This document shows, one piece after another, positions 8,370 through 16,110 of a stretch of DNA of 22,637 bases (the first letter of the stretch is position 1; each line of letters begins with the position of its first letter). The notes beneath the pieces are model-generated. The model was not told where the DNA came from. It saw nothing but the letters and a program-made list of their open reading frames with translations, and made no database searches. Where the stretch lies: NCBI GenBank assembly GCA_046726415.1, contig JBKPAK010000230.1:1-22637 (forward strand), read 5' to 3'. Source of the stretch: Candidatus Methylomirabilota bacterium. GTDB lineage: Bacteria > Methylomirabilota > Methylomirabilia > Rokubacteriales > CSP1-6. Position numbers and translations under genes: made by a program.

Positions 8370-9022
8370 CGCCCCGCCTCGGTGCGGATCGCCTCACGAG
8401 CCTCGGCCCGACGTGGCGCTGGGCCATCCGCCCACTCGACGCGCTTCCAGATCTCGCGCGGGTCGACCGTGAGCATGATGGCCGGGAAGAGGATCACCAG
8501 CCCTCCCAGCGCATACATCCCGATGCCAGGCTCCACCGTCGCCAGCTCCGCGATCTTGATCAGCGCCACCAGGATGCCCAGGATCATCACCTCGTTCATC
8601 GACCAGGGGCGCATCGAGCTCCCCCAGCGCAGCATTTCCCCGACCCACTGCGGCGCGGGCGGCCGCCGCACCGCGAGCAGGACCGTCAGCATGAACAGGA
8701 TGAAAGCACCGGGGGCGATCGCCGCGCAGAACGCGACGATCACGGCCGTGACCTGTTCGCCCTGCTGCCACATCTCCAGTACACCGCCGGCAATGGTGGT
8801 GCTCGCGTGACGCCCGACCGCCGAAAGCCCCATCAACGGCGCCGTATGGGCGACGAGGAAGACGATGGCGGCCGCCAAGGTGAGGGCCAGCGGGCGGTCG
8901 AGTGGATCGCGTAGCTGGCTGGCGAGGGTGTGGCCGCACCGCGCGCAGCGCGCTGTGCCGCCGGCCGGCACTTCGGGAAGTCGCTGCAACAAATCGCACT
9001 CGGAGCACGCGACGGTCTCCAC
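8366..9022 (-). CDS. pqiA: PqiA-family membrane protein (N-terminal-half type)
   Basis: ACSECDLLQ...CARCG, PWSMNEV, VALIKI; GTG start, ATGA overlap with the next gene. Confidence 0.92.
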   Translation of the reverse strand: METVACSECDLLQRLPEVPAGGTARCARCGHTLASQLRDPLDRPLALTLAAAIVFLVAHTAPLMGLSAVGRHASTTIAGGVLEMWQQGEQVTAVIVAFCAAIAPGAFILFMLTVLLAVRRPPAPQWVGEMLRWGSSMRPWSMNEVMILGILVALIKIAELATVEPGIGMYALGGLVILFPAIMLTVDPREIWKRVEWADGPAPRRAEAREAIRTEAGR

Positions 9023-9057
9023 GGGCGCTTTCAGGGGTTGCGTGGACCGGTCTCTTG

Positions 9058-9237
9058 CTAGCTCTTCGGGGCCGGCGGCAGCACGGGGACCTGGTCAGTC
9101 TGATAGACGGCGACGATCCGGACGTTCTGGTACCGCTGGTCCACCGTCAGGCTGGCGTCTTTGGGGCTATACACGTCGCCGAGGCCAAGGACCGCGGCGA
9201 CGCCGACAGCCAAAATTCGCCCAACACTGGTGCTCAT
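9058..9237 (-). pseudogene. 59-aa ORF, possible internally deleted exported-protein gene
   Basis: AGGAG RBS, signal-like MSTSVGRILAVGVAAVLGL, then GDVYSPKD (compare GDVYNLKK in the upstream gene). Confidence 0.4.
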
Positions 9238-9311
9238 CGGTATCTCCTGTCTTCGCAACTGAGGACTCGGAGGCGGTGCTGGCGCACCGCCCCGCGTCCC
9301 TCCGACCTCGG

Positions 9312-9755
9312 CTAGTTGCTCTGTATGCTGAGCTTGAGTCCCTCGGCGGCCAGTTTGAGGTCCGCCCCCTGGGTCGTGCTCTTCATTTCGATCACGACCC
9401 CGTTCTGGTTCCTCATGGCCGTTATCCCCGCCCCGCCGCCGATCGTCGCACCAGCCCCGCCGGCCGTGTAGTTCCCATTGAAGTCGGCGAGTTTCTTGAG
9501 GTTGTACACATCGCCCATCGCTGTCGCACGCTGGATCCCCACGTCTCCGACAGATAGCCCCTCGACCTTGACGGGATAGGTCTTCCCCTGATAAGTCAGC
9601 GTCCCCTTGCCCCAGCTGAACCCGATCCCGACCCCCACCGTGCCCTCCGTGAGGGCCAGGGTCGCATCGGGTTTCTTGGGCTGGGCCAAGGCGAGCCCAG
9701 CCACCAGCGCAACCAGACTTCCGACCGCCACCAATCCGATCACCGCACGTCGCAT
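9312..9755 (-). CDS. Exported DUF1134/EipA-like protein
   Basis: AAGGAGG RBS before ATG 9755, signal peptide ALA-Q, GIGFSWGKGTL, GDVYNLKKLADFNGNY, MRNQNGVVI. Confidence 0.8.
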   Translation of the reverse strand: MRRAVIGLVAVGSLVALVAGLALAQPKKPDATLALTEGTVGVGIGFSWGKGTLTYQGKTYPVKVEGLSVGDVGIQRATAMGDVYNLKKLADFNGNYTAGGAGATIGGGAGITAMRNQNGVVIEMKSTTQGADLKLAAEGLKLSIQSN

Positions 9756-9802
9756 AAAGCCCTCCTTTTGAGGTGTGCTGCACTGTACATCGCGTCGAAG
9801 CT

Positions 9803-10072
9803 TCAGGGTTCCGGCCGTCCTGGTGGCTCGTCGAGCAGGAGGCGCAGGTACTGAGAGACACCCGTGAAGGTTACCCCGCGCGCCCGCAAGTCTCGCAGGG
9901 CGCTCACACCTCGCCGATCGGCGAACTGCAGGTCCGCAAGATCCAAAATCAGACGCGCCATCTCCCCCTCGTAGGTGCCGAGGACCTCGGTCAGTTCGTC
10001 GCCCACCAACCGGCCGTCCACCTTCAGAATGACGAACTCGCCCTTCCCGATCGCCGTGACACGAACGGTCAT
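9803..10072 (-). CDS. STAS-domain protein (anti-anti-sigma/MlaB-like fold)
   Basis: 89 aa from ATG 10072: VILKVDGRL...LILDLADLQFADRRG..AL..L...G; start supported by the relic at 3590. Confidence 0.8.
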   Translation of the reverse strand: MTVRVTAIGKGEFVILKVDGRLVGDELTEVLGTYEGEMARLILDLADLQFADRRGVSALRDLRARGVTFTGVSQYLRLLLDEPPGRPEP

Positions 10073-10086
10073 TGTCGCTGACCATG

Positions 10087-10102
10087 AGGAAGGTTCGTGC
10101 CA
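10087..10102 (-). promoter_or_regulatory. sigma54-type promoter with non-canonical -12 (TGGCACGAACCTTCCT) for the STAS-pqi operon
   Basis: Perfect -24, correct spacing, divergent from a sigma54 activator gene. Confidence 0.65.
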
Positions 10103-10130
10103 AGAGGCGAGACCGCGGACGACCCTATAG

Positions 10131-10142
10131 ATCAAGCACTTG
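10131..10142 (+). promoter_or_regulatory. IHF-like site
   Basis: ATCAAGCACTTG fits ATCAANNNNTTR and lies between promoter and palindromes. Confidence 0.5.
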
Positions 10143-10184
10143 GCATTGGCCAAAAGCGAGCCCGCCGCGGGCGATCTCGGACGG

Positions 10185-10235
10185 CGACATGCGAATTATA
10201 CTAGAGCGATATGTCGACGGGGAGGCGAGATCTCG
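10185..10235. promoter_or_regulatory. Three tandem palindromic boxes (candidate UAS) overlapping a TATACT -10 and the activator start
   Basis: CGACATGCGA 10185, CGATATGTCG 10207, CGAGATCTCG 10226; TATACT at 10197-10202. Confidence 0.65.
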
Positions 10236-11866
10236 ACTCGCCCATGGAGCCGTCTTACCCCGGGGTCAGCTTCGAAGTGCTCCTGATGGAGATTGCGGTA
10301 CAGCTCCTGGGCGCCCCGCCGGAGTCCATGGACGCGCACCTGACCGACGCTCTGTCGCGTCTGGTCAAGGGCCTGGAGGTCGAGCGCGGCATCATCGCGC
10401 TCGTCGACCCGACCGACGGGAAGCTGCGCGTCACGCGCTCTTGGACTCTCGAGGGGCTGCCGCCAGGTCCGCTCGGCACCTCGGAGCTCGATTTCCCCTG
10501 GCTCAGGACTCAAATTGTCGACGCGCGTATCCCGTTCATCTTCTCCGGAGCCGGCGATTTCCCGCCGGAGGCGGCCAGCGATCGGGGGGCGTGGGGCCGG
10601 CTTGGCCAGAAGTCCGCCGCCGTCTTTCCGATCGAGGGCGGGGGGCGGCTCCTCGGCGTGTTCTCGTTCGGCACCGTGCGCGCAGAGCGCGCGTGGCCGC
10701 AACCGCTCATCGACCGCCTGCGTCTCGTGGGCGAAGTCCTCGCCGGTGCCCTCTTGCGCCGAGAGCACGAGCGGACGCTGCGCACGGCTCTCGCAGAGAT
10801 CGAGGCGCTGCACGAGCGTCTCCGAGCAGAGAACCAGTATCTCCGCAAGGACATCTTCGCCGCCGAGGGGTTCGAGGACATCGTCGGCGAGAGCGTCCCC
10901 TTGCGGAGCGTCCTGTTCCAGGTGGAGCGGGTGGCGCCCACGGACGCCACCGTGCTCATCTTGGGCGAAACGGGGACAGGTAAGGAGCTGGTGGCTAAGG
11001 CGATCCACGCGAAGAGCGCCCGGCGCGATCGCGTCCTCGTCAAGGTGAACTGCGCCGCTCTCGCCCCCACCCTCATCGAGAGCGAGCTCTTCGGTCACGA
11101 GAAGGGCGCGTTCACCGGCGCTGCCTCCCGCACGATCGGCCGGTTCGAGCTAGCCGACCAAAGCACGCTCTTCCTGGACGAAGTCGGGGAGCTCCCTCTT
11201 GCCCTGCAGACGAAGCTCCTCCGGGTGCTCCAGGAGGGGGAGTTCGAGCGTCTCGGCTCCCCCGTCTCCCACAAGGTGAATGTCCGCGTCATCGCCGCCT
11301 CGAACGGCGATCTGGCCGACGCCGTGCGCGAGGGAACCTTCCGCGCCGACCTCTATTACCGACTTCGTGTGTTCCCTATCGAGGTGCCCCCGCTGCGGGC
11401 GAGGAAGGGGGACATTCCGCTGCTCGTGTGGTACTTCGTCGGCCAGCTGGCGGCCGCCTTGGGCAAGAAGATCGACCGGATCGCCCCGTCGGCAATGGAG
11501 CGGCTGCTTCGCTACGACTGGCCGGGCAATATCCGCGAGCTGAGGAACGTTCTCGAGCGGGCCATGATCCTCTCGCCCGAGCCTGTACTCCTCATCGAGG
11601 AACCCGCCGACACCCTGGTCGCCGTAGCCACGCCGGCCGACGCCGGCGGCGTCCGATCACTCGAGGATGTGGAGCGTGACCACATCGTCCGGGTCCTGGA
11701 GCTCTGCGATTGGCGCGTCCGCGGCGCGGGGAATGCGGCCAAACGCCTGGGCCTCAATGCAAGCACGCTCTACTCGCGGATGAAGAAGCTGGGGATCCGA
11801 CCGCCTGGGGAGCCGCGCCGAGGACAGCCTCGACCGGAAAACCCGGAAAGCCCAGGGCCGGGATGA
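10211..11866 (+). CDS. sigma54-dependent transcriptional activator, GAF-AAA+-Fis HTH (FhlA/NifA-like architecture)
   Basis: N-terminal GAF, Walker [15 protein letters not shown], Walker [46 protein letters not shown]. Confidence 0.96.
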   Translation: MSTGRRDLDSPMEPSYPGVSFEVLLMEIAVQLLGAPPESMDAHLTDALSRLVKGLEVERGIIALVDPTDGKLRVTRSWTLEGLPPGPLGTSELDFPWLRTQIVDARIPFIFSGAGDFPPEAASDRGAWGRLGQKSAAVFPIEGGGRLLGVFSFGTVRAERAWPQPLIDRLRLVGEVLAGALLRREHERTLRTALAEIEALHERLRAENQYLRKDIFAAEGFEDIVGESVPLRSVLFQVERVAPTDATVLILGETGTGKELVAKAIHAKSARRDRVLVKVNCAALAPTLIESELFGHEKGAFTGAASRTIGRFELADQSTLFLDEVGELPLALQTKLLRVLQEGEFERLGSPVSHKVNVRVIAASNGDLADAVREGTFRADLYYRLRVFPIEVPPLRARKGDIPLLVWYFVGQLAAALGKKIDRIAPSAMERLLRYDWPGNIRELRNVLERAMILSPEPVLLIEEPADTLVAVATPADAGGVRSLEDVERDHIVRVLELCDWRVRGAGNAAKRLGLNASTLYSRMKKLGIRPPGEPRRGQPRPENPESPGPG

Positions 11867-11965
11867 GCGCGGCGTACCTCATTGCATACGGTCGCGAGCC
11901 TCCACCAGGACATGATCAATAGCGTCGAGTCGGTTGAAGCCCAGGCGCGGAAACTCGAGTTCGCG

Positions 11966-12269
11966 GATCGCAAGATCGTGGTGCGAGCGGCTCCACAACG
12001 CGTGCTCCTTCGCGTGGCATGCGGCGCACACGGCGCCGCCGACGTAGTTTCGCCGCAGGCGGCGTGGCCTCGCGCGAGGGCACTCTGCGATCGCCGACCC
12101 AAAGGTAGGTGGCGGCGACCGCGATGGCCACGAGCACGCCGGTGGCGACGCCGACGAGCCTCCGGCCGGGCCGGCCGGATTTCGAGTCCGCCGACGGCGT
12201 CAGCGCCCGCCCCGCAGAATTCACGGTATGCGGTCCTGCCTTGCGCCGAGATGCGCGCTTCTTCCCCAT
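11966..12269 (-). pseudogene. Truncated, frameshifted membrane-anchored c-type cytochrome (N-terminus of a multiheme/TPR-type protein)
   Basis: TM helix, then a frameshift near 12049 into YVGGAVCAACHAKEHALWSRSHHDLA (CxxCH at 12028..12014); similarity ends there. Confidence 0.75.
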
Positions 12270-12355
12270 CCTTCCAGCCGGCCACCTACTTCATCCGGAT
12301 GAAGCCCACTTCAAGCGATCCCGCCGGCCCCTGAGGGGCATGGCATCGCAATGCA

Positions 12356-12371
12356 TGAAAGGGCTGTGCCA
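12356..12371 (-). promoter_or_regulatory. sigma54-type promoter with non-canonical -12 (TGGCACAGCCCTTTCA)
   Basis: TGGCAC -24 with correct spacing, divergent from the second activator. IHF-like AATCAAGCTATCG on the minus strand at 12427..12415. Confidence 0.5.
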
Positions 12372-12484
12372 AGTCCCCTGTCGTCGCAGCTTGGATCTCG
12401 TTGTCCCTTGGCATCGATAGCTTGATTGCGCGATCGGGCACTGTCTCTTGGCCTTCGGGGCTCCGAGGAAACAAGTCTCCCGAC

Positions 12485-12522
12485 TATACTGAGTCGCTAT
12501 GTCGACGGGAGGCGATATGTCA
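12485..12522. promoter_or_regulatory. TATACT -10 plus two palindromic boxes
   Basis: TATACT 12485, CGCTATGTCG 12495, CGATATGTCA 12513; homologous to 10197-10235. Confidence 0.6.
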
Positions 12523-14155
12523 CCGGAGAAGGCGGCCTGATGGACGACGCCCGATTGTCGACTTCGCCGACGACGGGGGCCAGCTTCGAGGCGGTCCTGG
12601 GGAGTGTCGCGGCCACCCTCCTGAGGGAGCCGCTGGAATCCTTCGACGCGTGCATCACCGACACGCTGTCGCGTTTGATGCACCTGCTCGAGGTCGACCG
12701 CTCCACGTTGGGTCTGGTCGATCCGGCCGACGGCATCCTGCGGACGAGCCACGCAGTGGCCGTCCCGGGAGTGACGCCCTTTCCCGTCGGAACGTCCGCC
12801 GACGAGCGCACTCCGTGGCTCGCCACGCAGATCCGCCAGAAACGCACGCCGGTGGTCATTTCGGCAGAAGGTGACCTTCCCCCGGAAGTGGCCGATCTCG
12901 AGACGTGGCGACAGAACGGGGTGAAATCTGCGGCCGTCTTCCCAATCGTGACCGGGGACCAGTTTCTCGGCGCCTTTAGCTTCGGCACCACACGGGTGAA
13001 CCGATCCTGGCCCCAGCCGATCGTCGAGCGCATGAGCCTGATCGGGGCGATCCTCGCCGCGGCACTCCTGCGGCGCGAGCACGAGGGCCGGCTGCACGCG
13101 ACCCTCGCCCAGGTGACGGCTCTGCGCGAGCAGCTGCAAGTGGAGAACAAATATCTGCGCGAACGTGCCTTCGCCACCGAGGGGTTCGAGGACATCGTCG
13201 GGGAGAGCCCGGCCCTGCGCAGCATACTGTTCCAGGTCGAGCAGGTCGCGCCGACCGATGCGACCGTTCTCCTCCTGGGCGAGACCGGGACGGGCAAGGA
13301 GCTCGTGGCCAAGGCCATCCACGCCAAGAGCGCACGACGCGACCGCACGCTGGTCAAGATGAACTGCGCCGCCTTGCCCCCCACTCTCATCGAGAGTGAG
13401 ATCTTCGGTCACGAGAAGGGGGCCTTCACGGGGGCGGGTTCCCGCAAGATCGGGCGGTTCGAGCTGGCCCACGGGGGCACCCTTTTCCTGGATGAGATCG
13501 GCGAGCTGCCCCTCGAGCTCCAGGCCAAGCTTCTTCGCGTGCTCCAGGAAGGGAGTTCGAGCGGGTCGGCTCCTCCGCCACCCACCGCGCCGATGTTCGC
13601 ATTATCGCCGCTTCGAATCGCACTCTCTCGGCCGCCGCCCGCGAGGGGAAGTTTCGGTCGGACCTTTATTATCGACTCCAGGTGTTTCCCATCGAGCTCC
13701 CCCCGCTGCGCGCGCGCAAGCAGGACATCCCCCTGCTCGTGTGGTACTTCCTGGGCCAGCTCAACGCCACCCTCGGTAAGAAGATCGAGCGTGTGACGGC
13801 GCCGACCATGGATCGGCTCATCACTTACGCCTGGCCAGGTAATGCGCGCGAGCTGCGAAACGTCCTCGAGCGGGCCATCATCCTCTCCCCCGGGCCCGTG
13901 CTTCTCCTCGATCAGCTCGGCGACGACACGCGGACGCCGCCTCCCGCAAGCATGGAAGCGGCCGACGCCTGGACGCTCGCCGACGTGCAGCGCGACCACA
14001 TCCGCCGCATCCTCGAATCCTGCCACGGGCGCGTCCGGGGCCTGGGAAGCGCAGCCGAACAGCTCGGGCTCAACGCGAGCACACTCTACTCGCGGATGAA
14101 GAAGCTGGGGATCCGGCCGGCCTCCTCGAGCCCGCGCCGCGATGCTCACGGCTAG
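12499..14155 (+). pseudogene. Second GAF-AAA+-HTH sigma54 activator, frameshifted (or sequencing indels)
   Basis: Close paralog of 10211..11866. One G is missing at 13551-13553 (QEG/EFER), splitting ORFs 12426..13796 and 13682..14155. A second G is missing at 12507-12509 relative to MSTGRR; an in-frame ATG exists at 12540. Confidence 0.9.
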
Positions 14156-14270
14156 ACCCCGCCGGCGAGCACGACTAGGGGTTCTCTGGGCGGCATGCCT
14201 GCCTTCCCGTGGACTTCAGACTGGAAGGCGACGTCTCCATCATCCGCCTGACCTCCAGCGCACCTTGCCT

Positions 14271-14286
14271 TGGCGCTCGCCTTGCA
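14271..14286 (+). promoter_or_regulatory. Canonical sigma54 -24/-12 promoter (TGGCGCTCGCCTTGCA)
   Basis: GG-N10-GC with TTGCA, in an intergenic position. Confidence 0.65.
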
Positions 14287-14365
14287 CTGCTATTCAGTCG
14301 GAATCAAGCCTCGCGAGGAGCGTGCTCCATCAAGCTCTTGAAGATCGTGGACAATACGCTAGGGG

Positions 14366-14755
14366 GACCAGGAGATCGAGCAAAGCCTGCAGCAGATCGT
14401 GGAGATGCTGGAGGTGGACCGCTCCATCCTCCTGGAGTTCTCCCAGGGCGGGAAGGAGTTGATTGCCACCCACTCGTGGGCGAGGGAAGGGTTCCCACGC
14501 TTCACCGGCATACTGGTGAGCGAGGAGCTCCCCTGGTATACGGGGACGCTGCTACGGGGCGAGACGGTCGCCTGCTCCAGGCTACTTGAGGATCTCCCGG
14601 AGGAGGCTGTGCGTGAGAGAGAGTACAGCGCTCGTGTCGGCCTTCGATCCAACCTGATGATCCCGCTGAACGTATCCGGCCGACCTCTGGCTGTTCTTTC
14701 AATAGGCAGTTTCCGGCGCGAACGAGCGTGGCCGGAGGAGATCATCCCCCGGCTC
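14366..14755 (+). pseudogene. Isolated GAF-domain fragment
   Basis: DQEIEQSLQQIVEMLEVDRS...THSWA...LPW...DLPEEA...SFRRERAWPEEIIPRL is the same GAF type as in the activators; truncated at both ends. Confidence 0.8.
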
Positions 14756-14770
14756 GGCACTGATTTTGCC
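14755..14770 (+). promoter_or_regulatory. sigma54-type promoter (CGGCACTGATTTTGCC)
   Basis: GGCAC-N5-TTGC with canonical spacing, exactly where GAF similarity stops. Confidence 0.55.
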
Positions 14771-14783
14771 CATACGTCCTGTC

Positions 14784-14843
14784 ATGATCGTGTGCGGTCT
14801 CCGGCTCCACATCCTTCCGGGCAAGCGTGACGAAGTAAACCGC
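14784..14843 (+). pseudogene. N-terminal relic of an ABM-family gene
   Basis: MIVCGLRLHILPGKRDEVNR versus MIACGLRIHVLPSKHDEVYR at 15755. Confidence 0.8.
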
Positions 14844-14869
14844 ATTCGACCGGAGAAAGGGGAGACACC

Positions 14870-15265
14870 ATGGCACACCCATCTCTGACGAGGATCGTGC
14901 TGTCAGCGGTTGTGATCGTGACCGCATTGGGCGGATGCACCGCGATGCGCCGCGACCGAGCCTCCGAAACGACGAGCTTGTTGACGCAGGCGGGGTTCAA
15001 GGTCCTCAAGGCCGACACGCCGGAACGCATGGCTAAACTGAACACGCTCACCCCGTACAAGGTCATACCGTGGAAGCGGAAAAGCGGCGGCACGGTCTAC
15101 GCGTACGCAGAACCCGATCCCTGCAAGTGCGTGTACGTGGGCAGCCCCAAGCAGTACGCCCAGTACCGGCAACTGTTGAGCGCCGAGCAGGCGGCCCAGA
15201 TCTCGGCTCAAGAAAAGGCCGAGTTCGAGCCGCAGGAGTTCTCGGATTCGACCATTGAAGAGTAA
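14870..15265 (+). CDS. Hypothetical lipoprotein
   Basis: GGGGAG RBS, signal peptide with lipobox LGGC, L..AGF...ADTP and CKCVYVG segments. Confidence 0.8.
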   Translation: MAHPSLTRIVLSAVVIVTALGGCTAMRRDRASETTSLLTQAGFKVLKADTPERMAKLNTLTPYKVIPWKRKSGGTVYAYAEPDPCKCVYVGSPKQYAQYRQLLSAEQAAQISAQEKAEFEPQEFSDSTIEE

Positions 15266-15287
15266 AGTCCACCAGTCGCCCGCGGGC

Positions 15288-15743
15288 CCGACGTTCGTCG
15301 CCACCGCCGGCGATCCGGACATCACCAACAAGCTTCTGAAAGGCGTGAAGGTCGGCGACCGGACCTACAAGAACCACCTCGACGGCTACAACCAGCTAGA
15401 CCTGCTGCTGGGCAAGGGACCGTCTGCACGTCACGAGATCTTTTACTTCGGCGGGCCCAAGCTCGGAGCGATTCGCATCGACGACATGAAGTTCCGGTTT
15501 TACGAGCAACCGGCTGGCCGGACAGGCCCGAGTTGTATGCCGATATACCCACCATCGTGAACCTCCGTCAGGATCCGTTCGAGCGATTTACCGCGGTCAA
15601 TGGTGAGACTCTTCTCACGGGCGTTGGCGGAACTCGCCAAGACCGCCATCGACTACCCACCGATGCAGGACCCGGCCTTCTTCAACCTGGACGCGGTGAA
15701 GAGGCAGATCGAGGCGGCGATCAAGGAACACGGCGGCCGATAG
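15288..15743 (+). pseudogene. Arylsulfatase C-terminal fragment (a different paralog), frameshifted and deleted
   Basis: PTFVATAGDPDI...HLDGYNQL...SARHEIFYF / NLRQDPFER / DYPPMQDPAFFNLDAVK...TAG 15743, across three frames. Confidence 0.88.
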
Positions 15744-15754
15744 TGGATGCTGCT

Positions 15755-16092
15755 ATGATCGCATGCGGTCTCCGGATCCACGTCCTTCCGAGCAAGCATG
15801 ACGAGGTGTACCGCCTTTTCCGTGGCCTGCTCGAGCCCGCTCGGGTCAGGGGCGGCTGCCTTGCTTGCGGAGTTTACCAGGACCTCGAGGACCCCGCGGT
15901 GCTGGCCCTGGTCCAGGAGTGGGCCAGTTGGGATGATCTCGAGCGTTACCTGCGCTCGGAAGACTACCGGAAGCTCTGGTCGTGATGGAAGTGTCCACCC
16001 ACCGGCCCGAGGTCTGGTTCGACACGATCGCAACGCGAGAGGGGCTCGAGCGGGTAGCCGTGGTGCTGGGCGCCTCGGAGGAGTCGGCGTAA
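15755..16092 (+). pseudogene. Antibiotic-biosynthesis-monooxygenase (ABM/quinol monooxygenase-like) gene with one frameshift
   Basis: GCLACGVYQDLEDP...VQEW....LERYLRS; one base is lost at ~15976 and the frame continues VVMEVSTHRPEVWFDTI to TAA 16092. Confidence 0.8.
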
Positions 16093-16110
16093 CGCCAGAG
16101 GAGCGAGACG

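Noticed and set aside
5975-8810. Long plus-strand ORFs (282 aa, 398 aa and others) opposite the pqi genes
   Set aside because: Antisense shadow ORFs expected in high-GC coding DNA; the same applies to those opposite the activators, glucosidase and HAD gene.
7731-9022. Two pqiA ORFs as a frameshifted single gene
   Set aside because: Each half has its own Cys motif and they join by an ATGA overlap; two-gene pqiA arrangements are common.
12341-12356. TGGCATCGCAATGCAT as a plus-strand sigma54 promoter
   Set aside because: GG-to-GC spacing is one base short.
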